Shown piece by piece: positions 56,501 through 64,000 of a stretch of DNA of 64,000 bases (positions are counted from its first letter, which is position 1; the number at the start of each line of letters is the position of its first letter). Made by a program: the position numbers and the translations under genes. The DNA lies in the sequence record LC727701.1; one strand, 5' to 3'. The notes under the pieces were generated by a model. That model was not told where the DNA came from. It worked only from the letters and a program-made list of their open reading frames with translations, and did not search any database.

Positions 56501-56648
56501 TTTGTATTGTTGGCAAAACTAACTGGTTACAATGTAACTGTAAATACATGTATTTAATTTTGAAAACATACTGGAGTTATTGATGTATTGAGTTGAAACT
56601 CAATAATAACTCCTACTTTAATTTAAAAAATACAAAAGGAATATTTCC

Positions 56649-57302
56649 ATGGCGTCAATCATTAGTCTACCTTTTATCAAACTAGTAATCAGCCGTAATA
56701 ATAATTACACTGTTAACCATCAGTCAGGTGCTGATAATGTACCTCATCTATGTGTTAAAGTAAAACATTCTAACGGTTATGCCTGGTTCGGTATTATCAT
56801 TGTTGATTATGAAAAACGTACCAGTGGTTGGACTGAAGAAGAATTCAATGCAGTTGTAACTCGTTTCCATGAAGCAATGAATTCTCAATGTGATATCCAA
56901 CGATTAGAAACAGACATTAACCGACTAATGGATTCCATCCAAGATGTTGTTACTGGTCGGAAACGACCAACCCTATTCGGCGGTGATAGTAATGACTTCA
57001 TTCAAATGCATCTTCAAAATAATATCCAACTTGATATTTATCGGAATGAAATTAACGAAGATACTCTAACCTATGGTGGGTATCGTGGTAAAGTAAGTCT
57101 TCGCCATGGTTATGATGAATACAGCTTCTTCCTGTATCATCGTGGTATTATTCTAAACCATTACATCGATGCAGAGATTGCTAAAGAGCTAATTGAAGAT
57201 GCTCTTAATAAGACTTTCCCGGAGATTACTTATCTACCGCGAGCCACTGTCGAACCTACAGCAGTGGAACGCACTCGTAATAGACATCTGGATAAAAGTT
57301 AA
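56649..57302 (+). CDS. Hypothetical protein (217 aa)
   Basis: AAGGA RBS. Confidence 0.8.
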   Translation: MASIISLPFIKLVISRNNNYTVNHQSGADNVPHLCVKVKHSNGYAWFGIIIVDYEKRTSGWTEEEFNAVVTRFHEAMNSQCDIQRLETDINRLMDSIQDVVTGRKRPTLFGGDSNDFIQMHLQNNIQLDIYRNEINEDTLTYGGYRGKVSLRHGYDEYSFFLYHRGIILNHYIDAEIAKELIEDALNKTFPEITYLPRATVEPTAVERTRNRHLDKS

Positions 57303-57303
57303 A

Positions 57304-57717
57304 ATGACTAGTCAACTTATCGTAGTTGATTTACAAAACCCTAGAAATAAACATATATACAGTGAATTAACTCATGAACACCCTAGAACAATAACATCAC
57401 ATCTAGTTGAAGAATTAGATGATTTTGATGTTCATCAATATTCATACCAAGCGGAGTATAAATCTGGGATTGATCTTAGATTAATATTCTTTTGGGATGG
57501 ACCATACACTGAACCAAGAGAAGAAGGTTACGAACCAACTGATCTAGAGAAAAGGTGTGTGAAGTTGTGTAGGCAATATGAGGCTGCGATTAACGGGCAA
57601 TTATCTGTAGTTGATCACTCTCGGTTCCGGACGGTGTGTACCTTCAGATCAGATAATAGTTTACCAACAACTTTAGACTGGATTCATAAAGAACCCCCAT
57701 CTAAAGAGGTTGTGTAA
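57304..57717 (+). CDS. Hypothetical protein
   Basis: ATG 57304 directly after the upstream stop. Confidence 0.7.
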   Translation: MTSQLIVVDLQNPRNKHIYSELTHEHPRTITSHLVEELDDFDVHQYSYQAEYKSGIDLRLIFFWDGPYTEPREEGYEPTDLEKRCVKLCRQYEAAINGQLSVVDHSRFRTVCTFRSDNSLPTTLDWIHKEPPSKEVV

Positions 57718-57810
57718 AAAATAGTAAAAGAAATACACTATTCTATGTAGTTCCTTTACGATTGCTCTTTTATCTTAGTTTCAGTTTTGCTGAAGAAGTA
57801 CCAATGAGAT

Positions 57811-57837
57811 ACCCTCCCCTGATCGGGGAGGGTTTTT
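57811..57837 (+). terminator. Intrinsic terminator
   Basis: ACCCTCCCC-TGATC-GGGGAGGGT-TTTT. Confidence 0.85.
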
Positions 57838-57858
57838 GACATCTAAGAGGAAAATATA

Positions 57859-58239
57859 ATGTGCAAACAACATCGTGTAGTATCTATGAAAGTTACATGC
57901 ACGCAAGCTCGCTATCCGATCGGTCTGTGCGATCTCGGATTTGATAATGCTGCTGATGCTCGGCAATATCTACTAGATGTCGTCGAGTACAATATGGATC
58001 GTCTCCACCCACAACATGCTAATACATTCCAGCTACAAAATCTACAAGACGGGTTCGTAGTATCCTACGATATCGAAAAAGATGGATCCGTTTATCTTCG
58101 GTTAACACTGGCGGCTGTAGCTTATCAATCAATCGATCTTGAGTTGGGGGTTACCGTTAAAGAAAATGAAGGGATCAGTGTTGTAATCAAAAATTGGATC
58201 AATGGTGATTATACTGCGGGGAACAAATACTTGCAGTAA
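57859..58239 (+). CDS. Hypothetical protein (126 aa)
   Basis: GAGGA RBS. Confidence 0.8.
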   Translation: MCKQHRVVSMKVTCTQARYPIGLCDLGFDNAADARQYLLDVVEYNMDRLHPQHANTFQLQNLQDGFVVSYDIEKDGSVYLRLTLAAVAYQSIDLELGVTVKENEGISVVIKNWINGDYTAGNKYLQ

Positions 58240-58265
58240 TACCATATGTAAAGAATACCCAAATC

Positions 58266-58329
58266 GGGATCTCCCGGACTATCTCCCTTCAGCGTTCCCG
58301 TCCGCAAATGAAGGTGCCGCCGAGATCCC
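58266..58329. ncRNA. Candidate compact pseudoknotted RNA element
   Basis: Outer helix 58266-58273/58322-58329 encloses crossing helices 58275-58279/58300-58304 and 58286-58291/58309-58314. Confidence 0.45.
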
Positions 58330-58342
58330 ACCTATTGATAAT

Positions 58343-58369
58343 GCCCTCCCTTCGGGGAGGGCTTTATTT
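58343..58369 (+). terminator. Intrinsic terminator (repeat-family copy)
   Basis: GCCCTCCC-TTCG-GGGAGGGC-TTTATTT. Confidence 0.85.
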
Positions 58370-58405
58370 CGCTTAAGCCTATTTATTTTATTATAAGGAG
58401 TGAAA

Positions 58406-59137
58406 ATGACATATATCGTAAATGATGGTAAAGTCATGATTGCAGACTGCCTATTAATTGAGCGGAATAATGCAACTGATAGCATTGGGCGACTTCCAGT
58501 ATTAGATAACGGTTATATTGATCTAACTGCTAAAGCTGAAGGTGTAGATGTATATTACAATGATTGCCACAAGATAATTTTTCATCCGACAGTTACTTGG
58601 CAAGGTAAACGTGTTAAAACTATGGCTTTTGCTGGAACTATAGATAATGTTTATGATCTATTGAATGCCCTTACCGCAGGTGTTGATTTAGCTGATTGGT
58701 TTAAAGTTGAAGTAAATATCTTGCCAGTCATAGAACGCAGGTTGTTTAATGGTAATACTTCTATGATGTTCACTATGGAGAATGGTGACATATATACAGT
58801 TATTCTTAAAGACATGGGTATCAACATCACCAAGAAAGATTGGGCTCATTTGGGTAGTGGTGTAGATGCAGTTAATAGTGTACTTGAGTTTATCCCTAAT
58901 TGTAATGATAATGGATCAACCAAACTAACTGCACTTGAAGCATTTGCTATTGCATGTGCACATACTACTACTGTAAGTCGTAAATTTGATTATTACATCC
59001 ATGCTACAGGTGAGTACAAGCAAAATCAAGAACTATCAACTAAACAACTAAAATGGATACTAGCGCGCATTCAAAAGCGGATGGATCTTACCCGCATTTT
59101 CAATGACCGCGAATATGCCAATAACATATGGGGTTGA
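58406..59137 (+). CDS. HslV/proteasome-beta-like Ntn peptidase candidate
   Basis: GGAG RBS then M-T-Y-I-V; GKVMIAD, AFAGT, LGSG, LTALEA...IA in HslV order. Confidence 0.55.
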   Translation: MTYIVNDGKVMIADCLLIERNNATDSIGRLPVLDNGYIDLTAKAEGVDVYYNDCHKIIFHPTVTWQGKRVKTMAFAGTIDNVYDLLNALTAGVDLADWFKVEVNILPVIERRLFNGNTSMMFTMENGDIYTVILKDMGINITKKDWAHLGSGVDAVNSVLEFIPNCNDNGSTKLTALEAFAIACAHTTTVSRKFDYYIHATGEYKQNQELSTKQLKWILARIQKRMDLTRIFNDREYANNIWG

Positions 59138-59658
59138 TTTGTATGAGTAATTCTAATATGGATATGCTATATTACACTAATGTAAATTGGGAGCAATATT
59201 TTCATCATGTGAAACAACGTGCAGATGATACTGTTAAAGTAATGTATAAACCTGAATATGAAGATCTTATTGATGAAGCATGTAGGCCATTAATTAAATG
59301 GTTTAATCAATTTATCAATGTTGCAACTATTTATTGCTGTTCAGGCCATGTTGATGAAGAAACTGGTGGTAGCCCTGGATACATTAGTCTTTTATTTAAA
59401 GATACCAATGCAGAGAATTCTGCAATGCGTTTATTGCGTGAAGCAATGTGTAAGGGGCGTGAGTGTAAGATCCCATTCGAAATTGAACTGGGGGCTTATT
59501 TCGGGCATCTACATGAGACCATTGATCAGAATCACTGGGTCGCCAATCTAGTCATCCGCACCAATAGCTACAAACGTAAAAATACGTATGATCGCTATTG
59601 GCATCGTCTTTACAATATCATAACAACATGTAATACTGAGGGTTTATACACCGTCTAA
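59128..59658 (+). CDS. Hypothetical protein with IDE...LN...T..CCSGH motif
   Basis: Motif resembles the TYW3 N-terminal signature; inference. Confidence 0.55.
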   Translation: MGLICMSNSNMDMLYYTNVNWEQYFHHVKQRADDTVKVMYKPEYEDLIDEACRPLIKWFNQFINVATIYCCSGHVDEETGGSPGYISLLFKDTNAENSAMRLLREAMCKGRECKIPFEIELGAYFGHLHETIDQNHWVANLVIRTNSYKRKNTYDRYWHRLYNIITTCNTEGLYTV

Positions 59659-59676
59659 AAAATCTGAGATAATTTA

Positions 59677-59826
59677 ATGAATGATATTAAAAATACATTA
59701 TTAGTTAGATTAAAGAGGAAACAAAAAGCTAAGCGTATAGATAAATTACAAAGACTAGGTTTATGGTTTATTCTATTGCTATGTGTATCTAATCTATTTG
59801 TCCAATTAATAAAAGGTATATTCTAA
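59677..59826 (+). CDS. Small basic membrane protein (49 aa, not in ORF track)
   Basis: MNDIKNTLLVRLKRKQK...LGLWFILLLCVSNLFVQLIKGIF*. Confidence 0.55.
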   Translation: MNDIKNTLLVRLKRKQKAKRIDKLQRLGLWFILLLCVSNLFVQLIKGIF

Positions 59827-60507
59827 ATGGCAGAAAAGCTCAGTTTTGCTGATATATTTAAGATGGCTAAAGAGGAAAATGTTAAGCTTGAATTGCATTG
59901 TCTAATTGGTACTCGGCCAGTTAGGGGTCTTATTAAAAGTTTAAACTTTAATCCAATCAGACCTGATGTATACGAATCTGTTAATTTATATGTAGATGTA
60001 TTTTCTAAAGTAGTGGAGACTAAAATAGATCCATCAAGTACTACTGCTGATTATGGTTGCTGGAGAATGACACCAGAAACTAAGAATTATGTAGATAGTA
60101 AATATAACTTACCAGAAAAAATGGATATCACTAATCCAGATATCGTTAGGAGTAATATTAATTATTACCTCAGTTTACCTACTCAGGAACGTATTGAGTT
60201 ATTTAATAAAATAAATAATCCTAATGTCATTGAGGCGATAAACAAAGAATGGTCTAAAATGGTTGTAGAGTATTATCAATCTGAGATCGATTCGTTTATT
60301 GGATTAATTGATTTCGATCATGTCCTTATCAATAAGTTCATGGTATTTAACTGGATGGATGATCTGTTTGAATATGCTTTAAATATCCCATTAAAACAAA
60401 CCAATACAGTAAATGAAGGTACCTGTTGCTTACTGGTTCACAAAGATAAAAAGGCAACATATACCCATTTTACTGATATTAAAAATCTTATCAAAGTAAG
60501 TGTATAA
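59827..60507 (+). CDS. Hypothetical protein (226 aa)
   Basis: AAGGT RBS. Confidence 0.8.
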   Translation: MAEKLSFADIFKMAKEENVKLELHCLIGTRPVRGLIKSLNFNPIRPDVYESVNLYVDVFSKVVETKIDPSSTTADYGCWRMTPETKNYVDSKYNLPEKMDITNPDIVRSNINYYLSLPTQERIELFNKINNPNVIEAINKEWSKMVVEYYQSEIDSFIGLIDFDHVLINKFMVFNWMDDLFEYALNIPLKQTNTVNEGTCCLLVHKDKKATYTHFTDIKNLIKVSV

Positions 60508-60519
60508 TTACGGCATAAA

Positions 60520-60541
60520 CCCCTCTCCACATGGAGAGGGG
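60520..60541. terminator. Bidirectional terminator between convergent units
   Basis: CCCCTCTCCA-CA-TGGAGAGGGG. Confidence 0.75.
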
Positions 60542-60568
60542 CTATGTCTTTATTTTCTTTATTTAAAC

Positions 60569-60958
60569 TCACTTAGAATAATCTTCTACTGGAATATCAT
60601 CTAGCCAATCATTAAGTAGTTTAAATTGTTGAGGGTGTTGCATCTTAGTTACTTTACCGTATTTAACACTAATAGCGTAACCACCAGATACTGCAAGATC
60701 CACTAGTTTGCGTTCATATGCATTAAATTCATCATACCAACGGGTATGAATAAGTTTTGCTAAGCGTGCATATGCAGTCTTACGATATTGATCTTCCTGT
60801 TCCCGACGTAGGACTTCAAGTAGTTCTTTCTGACGCTGCTTCTGCTGGCGTTTCTCTTCTTCCTTTTTCTCTTTCTCCAGTCGTTTTTTCTCAGCAATGT
60901 GTGATAGAATGGGTAGCTTGAAAAGCAGACTTAGAATTAGTTGAAAGAATTGTTTCAT
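60569..60958 (-). CDS. Hypothetical protein with amphipathic N-terminus and charged coiled coil
   Basis: GAGGA RBS before MKQFFQ. Confidence 0.75.
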   Translation of the reverse strand: MKQFFQLILSLLFKLPILSHIAEKKRLEKEKKEEEKRQQKQRQKELLEVLRREQEDQYRKTAYARLAKLIHTRWYDEFNAYERKLVDLAVSGGYAISVKYGKVTKMQHPQQFKLLNDWLDDIPVEDYSK

Positions 60959-61038
60959 TAGTATTTCCTCAGTTTGATTAAATAGATAATTTACAAATGG
61001 CAATCCGCCTAGTTACATACTAGATAGCTGTAAGTATT

Positions 61039-61449
61039 TTAATCCGTTACAATATCTGGATAACGTTCATCAATTAATGATTTCCTATATGCAAACTCAC
61101 GTACCTCTACTTCTAACTTTTCTTTAGTTGCATATGTAGTGCCGATTACAATAATTGAATCATTATTAATTGATAACTCTACATCATTATCTTTTCCAAA
61201 TACTAATTTAAAAACAGTATTTAATTCATCTAATTGATTTTGAATGGACACTGTATCATCATGGATTGCCCTAGATGGCTCTTCTAATAAACCCTCTAGT
61301 ACTTTATAAGACTTTATAAAAAGAGTATCATTAAAATCTTCTTTTAGCCATGCTAATTCAAGTGTATATAAATCAACTACTCTATTAAGATTTGAAGTAG
61401 TTATATCTGTTTTCCATTCATAACCTAGATAGTTAGTTTCATTACTCAT
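61039..61449 (-). CDS. Hypothetical protein (136 aa)
   Basis: AGGAG RBS. Confidence 0.8.
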   Translation of the reverse strand: MSNETNYLGYEWKTDITTSNLNRVVDLYTLELAWLKEDFNDTLFIKSYKVLEGLLEEPSRAIHDDTVSIQNQLDELNTVFKLVFGKDNDVELSINNDSIIVIGTTYATKEKLEVEVREFAYRKSLIDERYPDIVTD

Positions 61450-61491
61450 TATAAACTCCTTTGATCAATACATATTAAATAATCTGGAGTA

Positions 61492-61668
61492 TTATTTCTT
61501 TGTAATACGATAACCAACTGACCATAAATCTACACGGACGAAACCTTTTCCATCATGTTGACCGTATACACATACACGTAACATTCTATTGCCTGTCTTC
61601 ATGTCAATTCGTGTTATCTCAAATTTATTAGTAATGTATTCTTGAATGATAAATAACAAATGACTCAT
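61492..61668 (-). CDS. Small hypothetical protein (58 aa, not in ORF track)
   Basis: AGGA RBS; MSHLLFIIQEYITNKFEITRIDM...RITKK*. Confidence 0.7.
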   Translation of the reverse strand: MSHLLFIIQEYITNKFEITRIDMKTGNRMLRVCVYGQHDGKGFVRVDLWSVGYRITKK

Positions 61669-61699
61669 TTTATATTTTCCTGATTAATGACAAACATAA

Positions 61700-61719
61700 G
61701 CCCCTCCATATGGAGGGGC
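61700..61719 (-). terminator. Terminator downstream of the tRNA
   Basis: GCCCCTCC-ATAT-GGAGGGGC. Confidence 0.7.
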
Positions 61720-61797
61720 AATATGATTTACTGAGTCTTTCGCGTTCAATCCCATCCTAACTAATATATTTAAGAATAGTTTAAACCTCAGTAAATT

Positions 61798-61874
61798 TGG
61801 TGCCGCCACTCCGAATCGAACGGAGGACCTACGCATTACAAGTGCGTTGCTCTACCTAGCTGAGCTATAGCGGC
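61798..61874 (-). tRNA. trnT: tRNA-Thr(UGU), 77 nt, CCA encoded
   Basis: Full cloverleaf: GCCGCTA/TGGCGGC acceptor, ACGCA-CTTGTAA-TGCGT anticodon arm, CTCCG-TTCGATT-CGGAG T arm. Confidence 0.97.
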
Positions 61875-61940
61875 GGAATCTTCTACATATAGTGTATATG
61901 AAAGTATTATTTTAATTTATTATAATAAATAAAGTTATAT

Positions 61941-61981
61941 TCAAACCTATTTAAAAGGTATATTACAAATGTGATATTACT
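61941..61981 (+). promoter_or_regulatory. Class B early promoter
   Basis: TCAAACCTATTTAAAAGG-TATATTAC (61959-61966)-AAATGTGATATTAC. Confidence 0.75.
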
Positions 61982-62022
61982 AAAAGTAATATTTTCTATT
62001 AATTGTAAATAGGATACTAAAT

Positions 62023-62160
62023 ATGAATATTGATCCAAAAACTCTTGGCATTATTATTAGCACCACTATTGGCACCGTGGGTGCTCTTATTCTTACGTAT
62101 GGTATTGCGAGAGCAGTACGTTGGAATAATAAACCTGATGTAAAAGATGTAGCAGAGTAA
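62023..62160 (+). CDS. Monocistronic single-TM microprotein (45 aa, not in ORF track)
   Basis: AGGA RBS; MNIDPKTLGIIISTTIGTVGALILTYGIARAVRW...; own promoter and terminator. Confidence 0.8.
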   Translation: MNIDPKTLGIIISTTIGTVGALILTYGIARAVRWNNKPDVKDVAE

Positions 62161-62170
62161 GATAACATAA

Positions 62171-62193
62171 AGCTAGCCCATTAGGGGCTAGCT
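62171..62193. terminator. Bidirectional terminator
   Basis: AGCTAGCCC-ATTAG-GGGCTAGCT between convergent genes. Confidence 0.75.
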
Positions 62194-62216
62194 CTTATAT
62201 TTATTTTTTATTTGTT

Positions 62217-62846
62217 TTAACTTAGAGTACTATAATAAATAAATTTAGTTAATTCATCTTGTTGCTCTTTGATTATATTATTTTTCGTTTGTTTAACATT
62301 AATGTAATATTCAATAAATAACCAACGTCTATCATGTTTGGCTAAGTCTTTGAATTCAATTTTCTCAAATCGCCATGACTGTACAGTAGTCCTAATGAGA
62401 TTACCGGATTTATTGATAATATACCCTTGCATGGTGTTAATTTGATCATCGATAGTAGGCGTTGGTAAAAATATCAAATAAACACCATCTGTATTTTTAG
62501 TGTGCATACTTTTTAATTTATACATCATTGGGTTAAAGTATTCATCACTTTTATGATAATCGCTTAATTCTAACACAGCATCAATCATCATTTTAGCGCT
62601 TTCAGTAACACCAACATTTAGTAAATAATCATTAAGCTCTTTTAATGAATTATCTGTAAGTGATGCATCTATGTGTTCTTCACTTATAGGTTCATTATAA
62701 ACTAGTTTATTAATAGTTGAATTAACAATATTTAGCCTATCGATATCATAAACTGCTAGTGTTTGTTTACCAACATTTATTTTTAAGTCTTTACCTGATT
62801 CATTGATAAAATCATTTAAATCTACTTCAGTAAAATGAAAAGCCAT
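62217..62846 (-). CDS. Hypothetical protein (209 aa)
   Basis: AAGGTG RBS. Confidence 0.8.
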   Translation of the reverse strand: MAFHFTEVDLNDFINESGKDLKINVGKQTLAVYDIDRLNIVNSTINKLVYNEPISEEHIDASLTDNSLKELNDYLLNVGVTESAKMMIDAVLELSDYHKSDEYFNPMMYKLKSMHTKNTDGVYLIFLPTPTIDDQINTMQGYIINKSGNLIRTTVQSWRFEKIEFKDLAKHDRRWLFIEYYINVKQTKNNIIKEQQDELTKFIYYSTLS

Positions 62847-63005
62847 TTTTATACACCTTTATGTTTTCCGTAGTGTTAAATTTTATTAACACCCGGTTTC
62901 AAGTTGAGTTATGTGTAGAACTAATCTACAAATAATATTAACTCTATGTATAATTTTACTTATAAATAGACCACTCTATATAGAGGGGTATTAAGTCATA
63001 TAAAG

Positions 63006-63101
63006 TTATTTTAGTGTGGGTCTAAATACAAACATTACGTCTACTTCATCAGTTGGGTCGACATCATATTCTGTCCCAGTATTATCAATTGCAACCAACA
63101 T
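63006..63101 (-). CDS. Small acidic peptide (31 aa, not in ORF track)
   Basis: GAGGA RBS; MLVAIDNTGTEYDVDPTDEV... Confidence 0.5.
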   Translation of the reverse strand: MLVAIDNTGTEYDVDPTDEVDVMFVFRPTLK

Positions 63102-63103
63102 TC

Positions 63104-63226
63104 TCACATTCCTCGGTAAAGGGCTTTATGTGATTTAGATAGGCGAGTGATAAAATACCTAAATGCACTGAGATATTCTCTGATAAATCCTTTACCTTTA
63201 TTAAAATTATCACCTACATGGACCAT
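63104..63226 (-). CDS. Small peptide (40 aa, not in ORF track)
   Basis: MVHVGDNFNKGKGFIREYL...RGM*; weak RBS. Confidence 0.35.
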   Translation of the reverse strand: MVHVGDNFNKGKGFIREYLSAFRYFITRLSKSHKALYRGM

Positions 63227-63317
63227 TCAATCACTTTTATGTAGCTTGATTTCAATCAATTAAAGGGTATAACGAATGTAATGTATTTATACACGAATAT
63301 AGTTATCATAAGCTCAA

Positions 63318-63608
63318 CTACTTGGGGTAAAAGAGTGGACGGAGATCAGTCTCATGGTATTCATCTTTGATATGGGAAAAGTACTTATTGAAATTATCCA
63401 CACTATACGAAGTTCTAAGCCCATTTGGCCAAATCACTAACATGTCACCAACTTCGAATGCCGTGATCATAGCCTCAAAGTCTTTTATGTTTACATGATC
63501 ATTACCAAGTTTCACGAATCGACATGCACGGAAACCACATTCCCAGTCAGACGACATCCATTGACCAGCTTCAGTAATCAGCTTTGCACGAACTAATGTC
63601 TTAGCCAT
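63318..63608 (-). CDS. Hypothetical protein (96 aa)
   Basis: GGGG RBS; overlaps the upstream stop. Confidence 0.8.
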   Translation of the reverse strand: MAKTLVRAKLITEAGQWMSSDWECGFRACRFVKLGNDHVNIKDFEAMITAFEVGDMLVIWPNGLRTSYSVDNFNKYFSHIKDEYHETDLRPLFYPK

Positions 63609-63786
63609 ACTTGGTACCCCAGTTTATCGTTTTGTCGAGAAGAGCTTGACTAGGTCGTTTATTACGAATCTGATTCTTAATAGACTCATTTAGCTCTTCC
63701 ATCGTTTTCCGAACTTTAACTAATCGTTCCTTTTGTTCATTTGTAGGAACACTACTAACTATATCTTGCAATGCTTTAAGTGACAT
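63601..63786 (-). CDS. Hypothetical protein (61 aa)
   Basis: AGGG RBS. Confidence 0.75.
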   Translation of the reverse strand: MSLKALQDIVSSVPTNEQKERLVKVRKTMEELNESIKNQIRNKRPSQALLDKTINWGTKYG

Positions 63787-63847
63787 GTCTTTACCCTATT
63801 TGTATTCAGCTATAAGATTCAACTACTGGGTACTTTTACAAGACGAC

Positions 63848-63873
63848 ATAAAGGCAGCATTAGCTGCCTTTAT
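63848..63873 (-). terminator. Terminator-like hairpin downstream of the tRNA remnant
   Basis: ATAAAGGCAGC-ATTA-GCTGCCTTTAT. Confidence 0.65.
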
Positions 63874-63917
63874 AGTTTACATAGTAGTGAAATATAACTA
63901 AATCTAAAACTATGAAT

Positions 63918-63957
63918 TGGCTCCGTGACCTGGGTTAGAACCAGGGACCCAGTGATT
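63918..63957 (-). pseudogene. 3' half of a tRNA-Asn-like gene
   Basis: AATCACT-GGGTC-CCTGG-TTCTAAC-CCAGG-TCACGGA-G-CCA; 5' half absent from 63958-64000. Confidence 0.75.
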
Positions 63958-64000
63958 ATGTTTTTGTATATTAATCTACATCGAGTATATTTTTATTGTG

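Noticed and set aside
58202-58485. ORFs 58202-58396 (+) and 58279-58485 (-)
   Set aside because: They span a terminator and the structured element, lack an RBS, and overlap real genes
61735-61765. T-loop-like GTTCAATCC as another tRNA remnant
   Set aside because: The flanks do not pair as a T stem and there is no acceptor strand
475-62168. Short antisense or alternate-frame ORFs in the track (e.g. 475-672, 1394-1732, 5462-5893, 10266-10655, 20962-21324, 55058-55363, 61980-62168)
   Set aside because: They are nested in better-supported genes, lack an RBS and have shadow-like composition
63114-63198. Structured RNA closed by GGTAAAGG/CCTTTACC
   Set aside because: Inner pairings are weak and AT-rich, and the segment reads as a 40-codon minus-strand ORF
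1-64000. CRISPR array
   Set aside because: The repeated hairpins are dispersed and separated by genes; no regularly spaced repeat-spacer series or cas gene was seen
1-64000. Stop-codon reassignment
   Set aside because: Recognisable genes are full length in the standard code and TAA, TAG and TGA all end genes; the thyA break is explained by the intron

Overview
AT-rich, gene-dense, almost entirely + strand segment of a large lytic dsDNA phage. It is most likely a phiKZ-like jumbo phage: about 10 copies of the phiKZ-type early promoter motif TATATTAC, a phiKZ-type SF2 helicase, and many small orphan genes. The host is probably a Gram-negative proteobacterium (SspB homolog, Sec-type signal peptides); this is inference. 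The window is an early/accessory region built from short operons bounded by repeated terminator+promoter cassettes. Recognisable genes: DEDDh exonuclease, SF2 helicase, DprA/SLOG protein, three AAA ATPases (one truncated, one BCS1-like), dCTP deaminase, SspB-like ClpXP adaptor, thymidylate synthase split by a group I intron with a GIY-YIG homing endonuclease, Pol-beta-like nucleotidyltransferase, (p)ppGpp-hydrolase-like HD protein, Zn deaminase, HslV/Ntn-like peptidase, tRNA-Thr(UGU), and the 3' half of a tRNA-Asn-like gene. The most unexplained signals are: (i) a six-member family of exported two-cysteine proteins, five in one early operon; (ii) two intergenic, apparently pseudoknotted RNAs (6.6-6.8 kb and 58.3 kb); (iii) a dispersed proteolysis-control set (SspB, Ntn peptidase, AAA ATPases); (iv) a tandem pair of ADP-ribosyltransferase-like genes; (v) repeated regulatory cassettes in two promoter classes. 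All calls come from reading motifs by eye; no database search was run.
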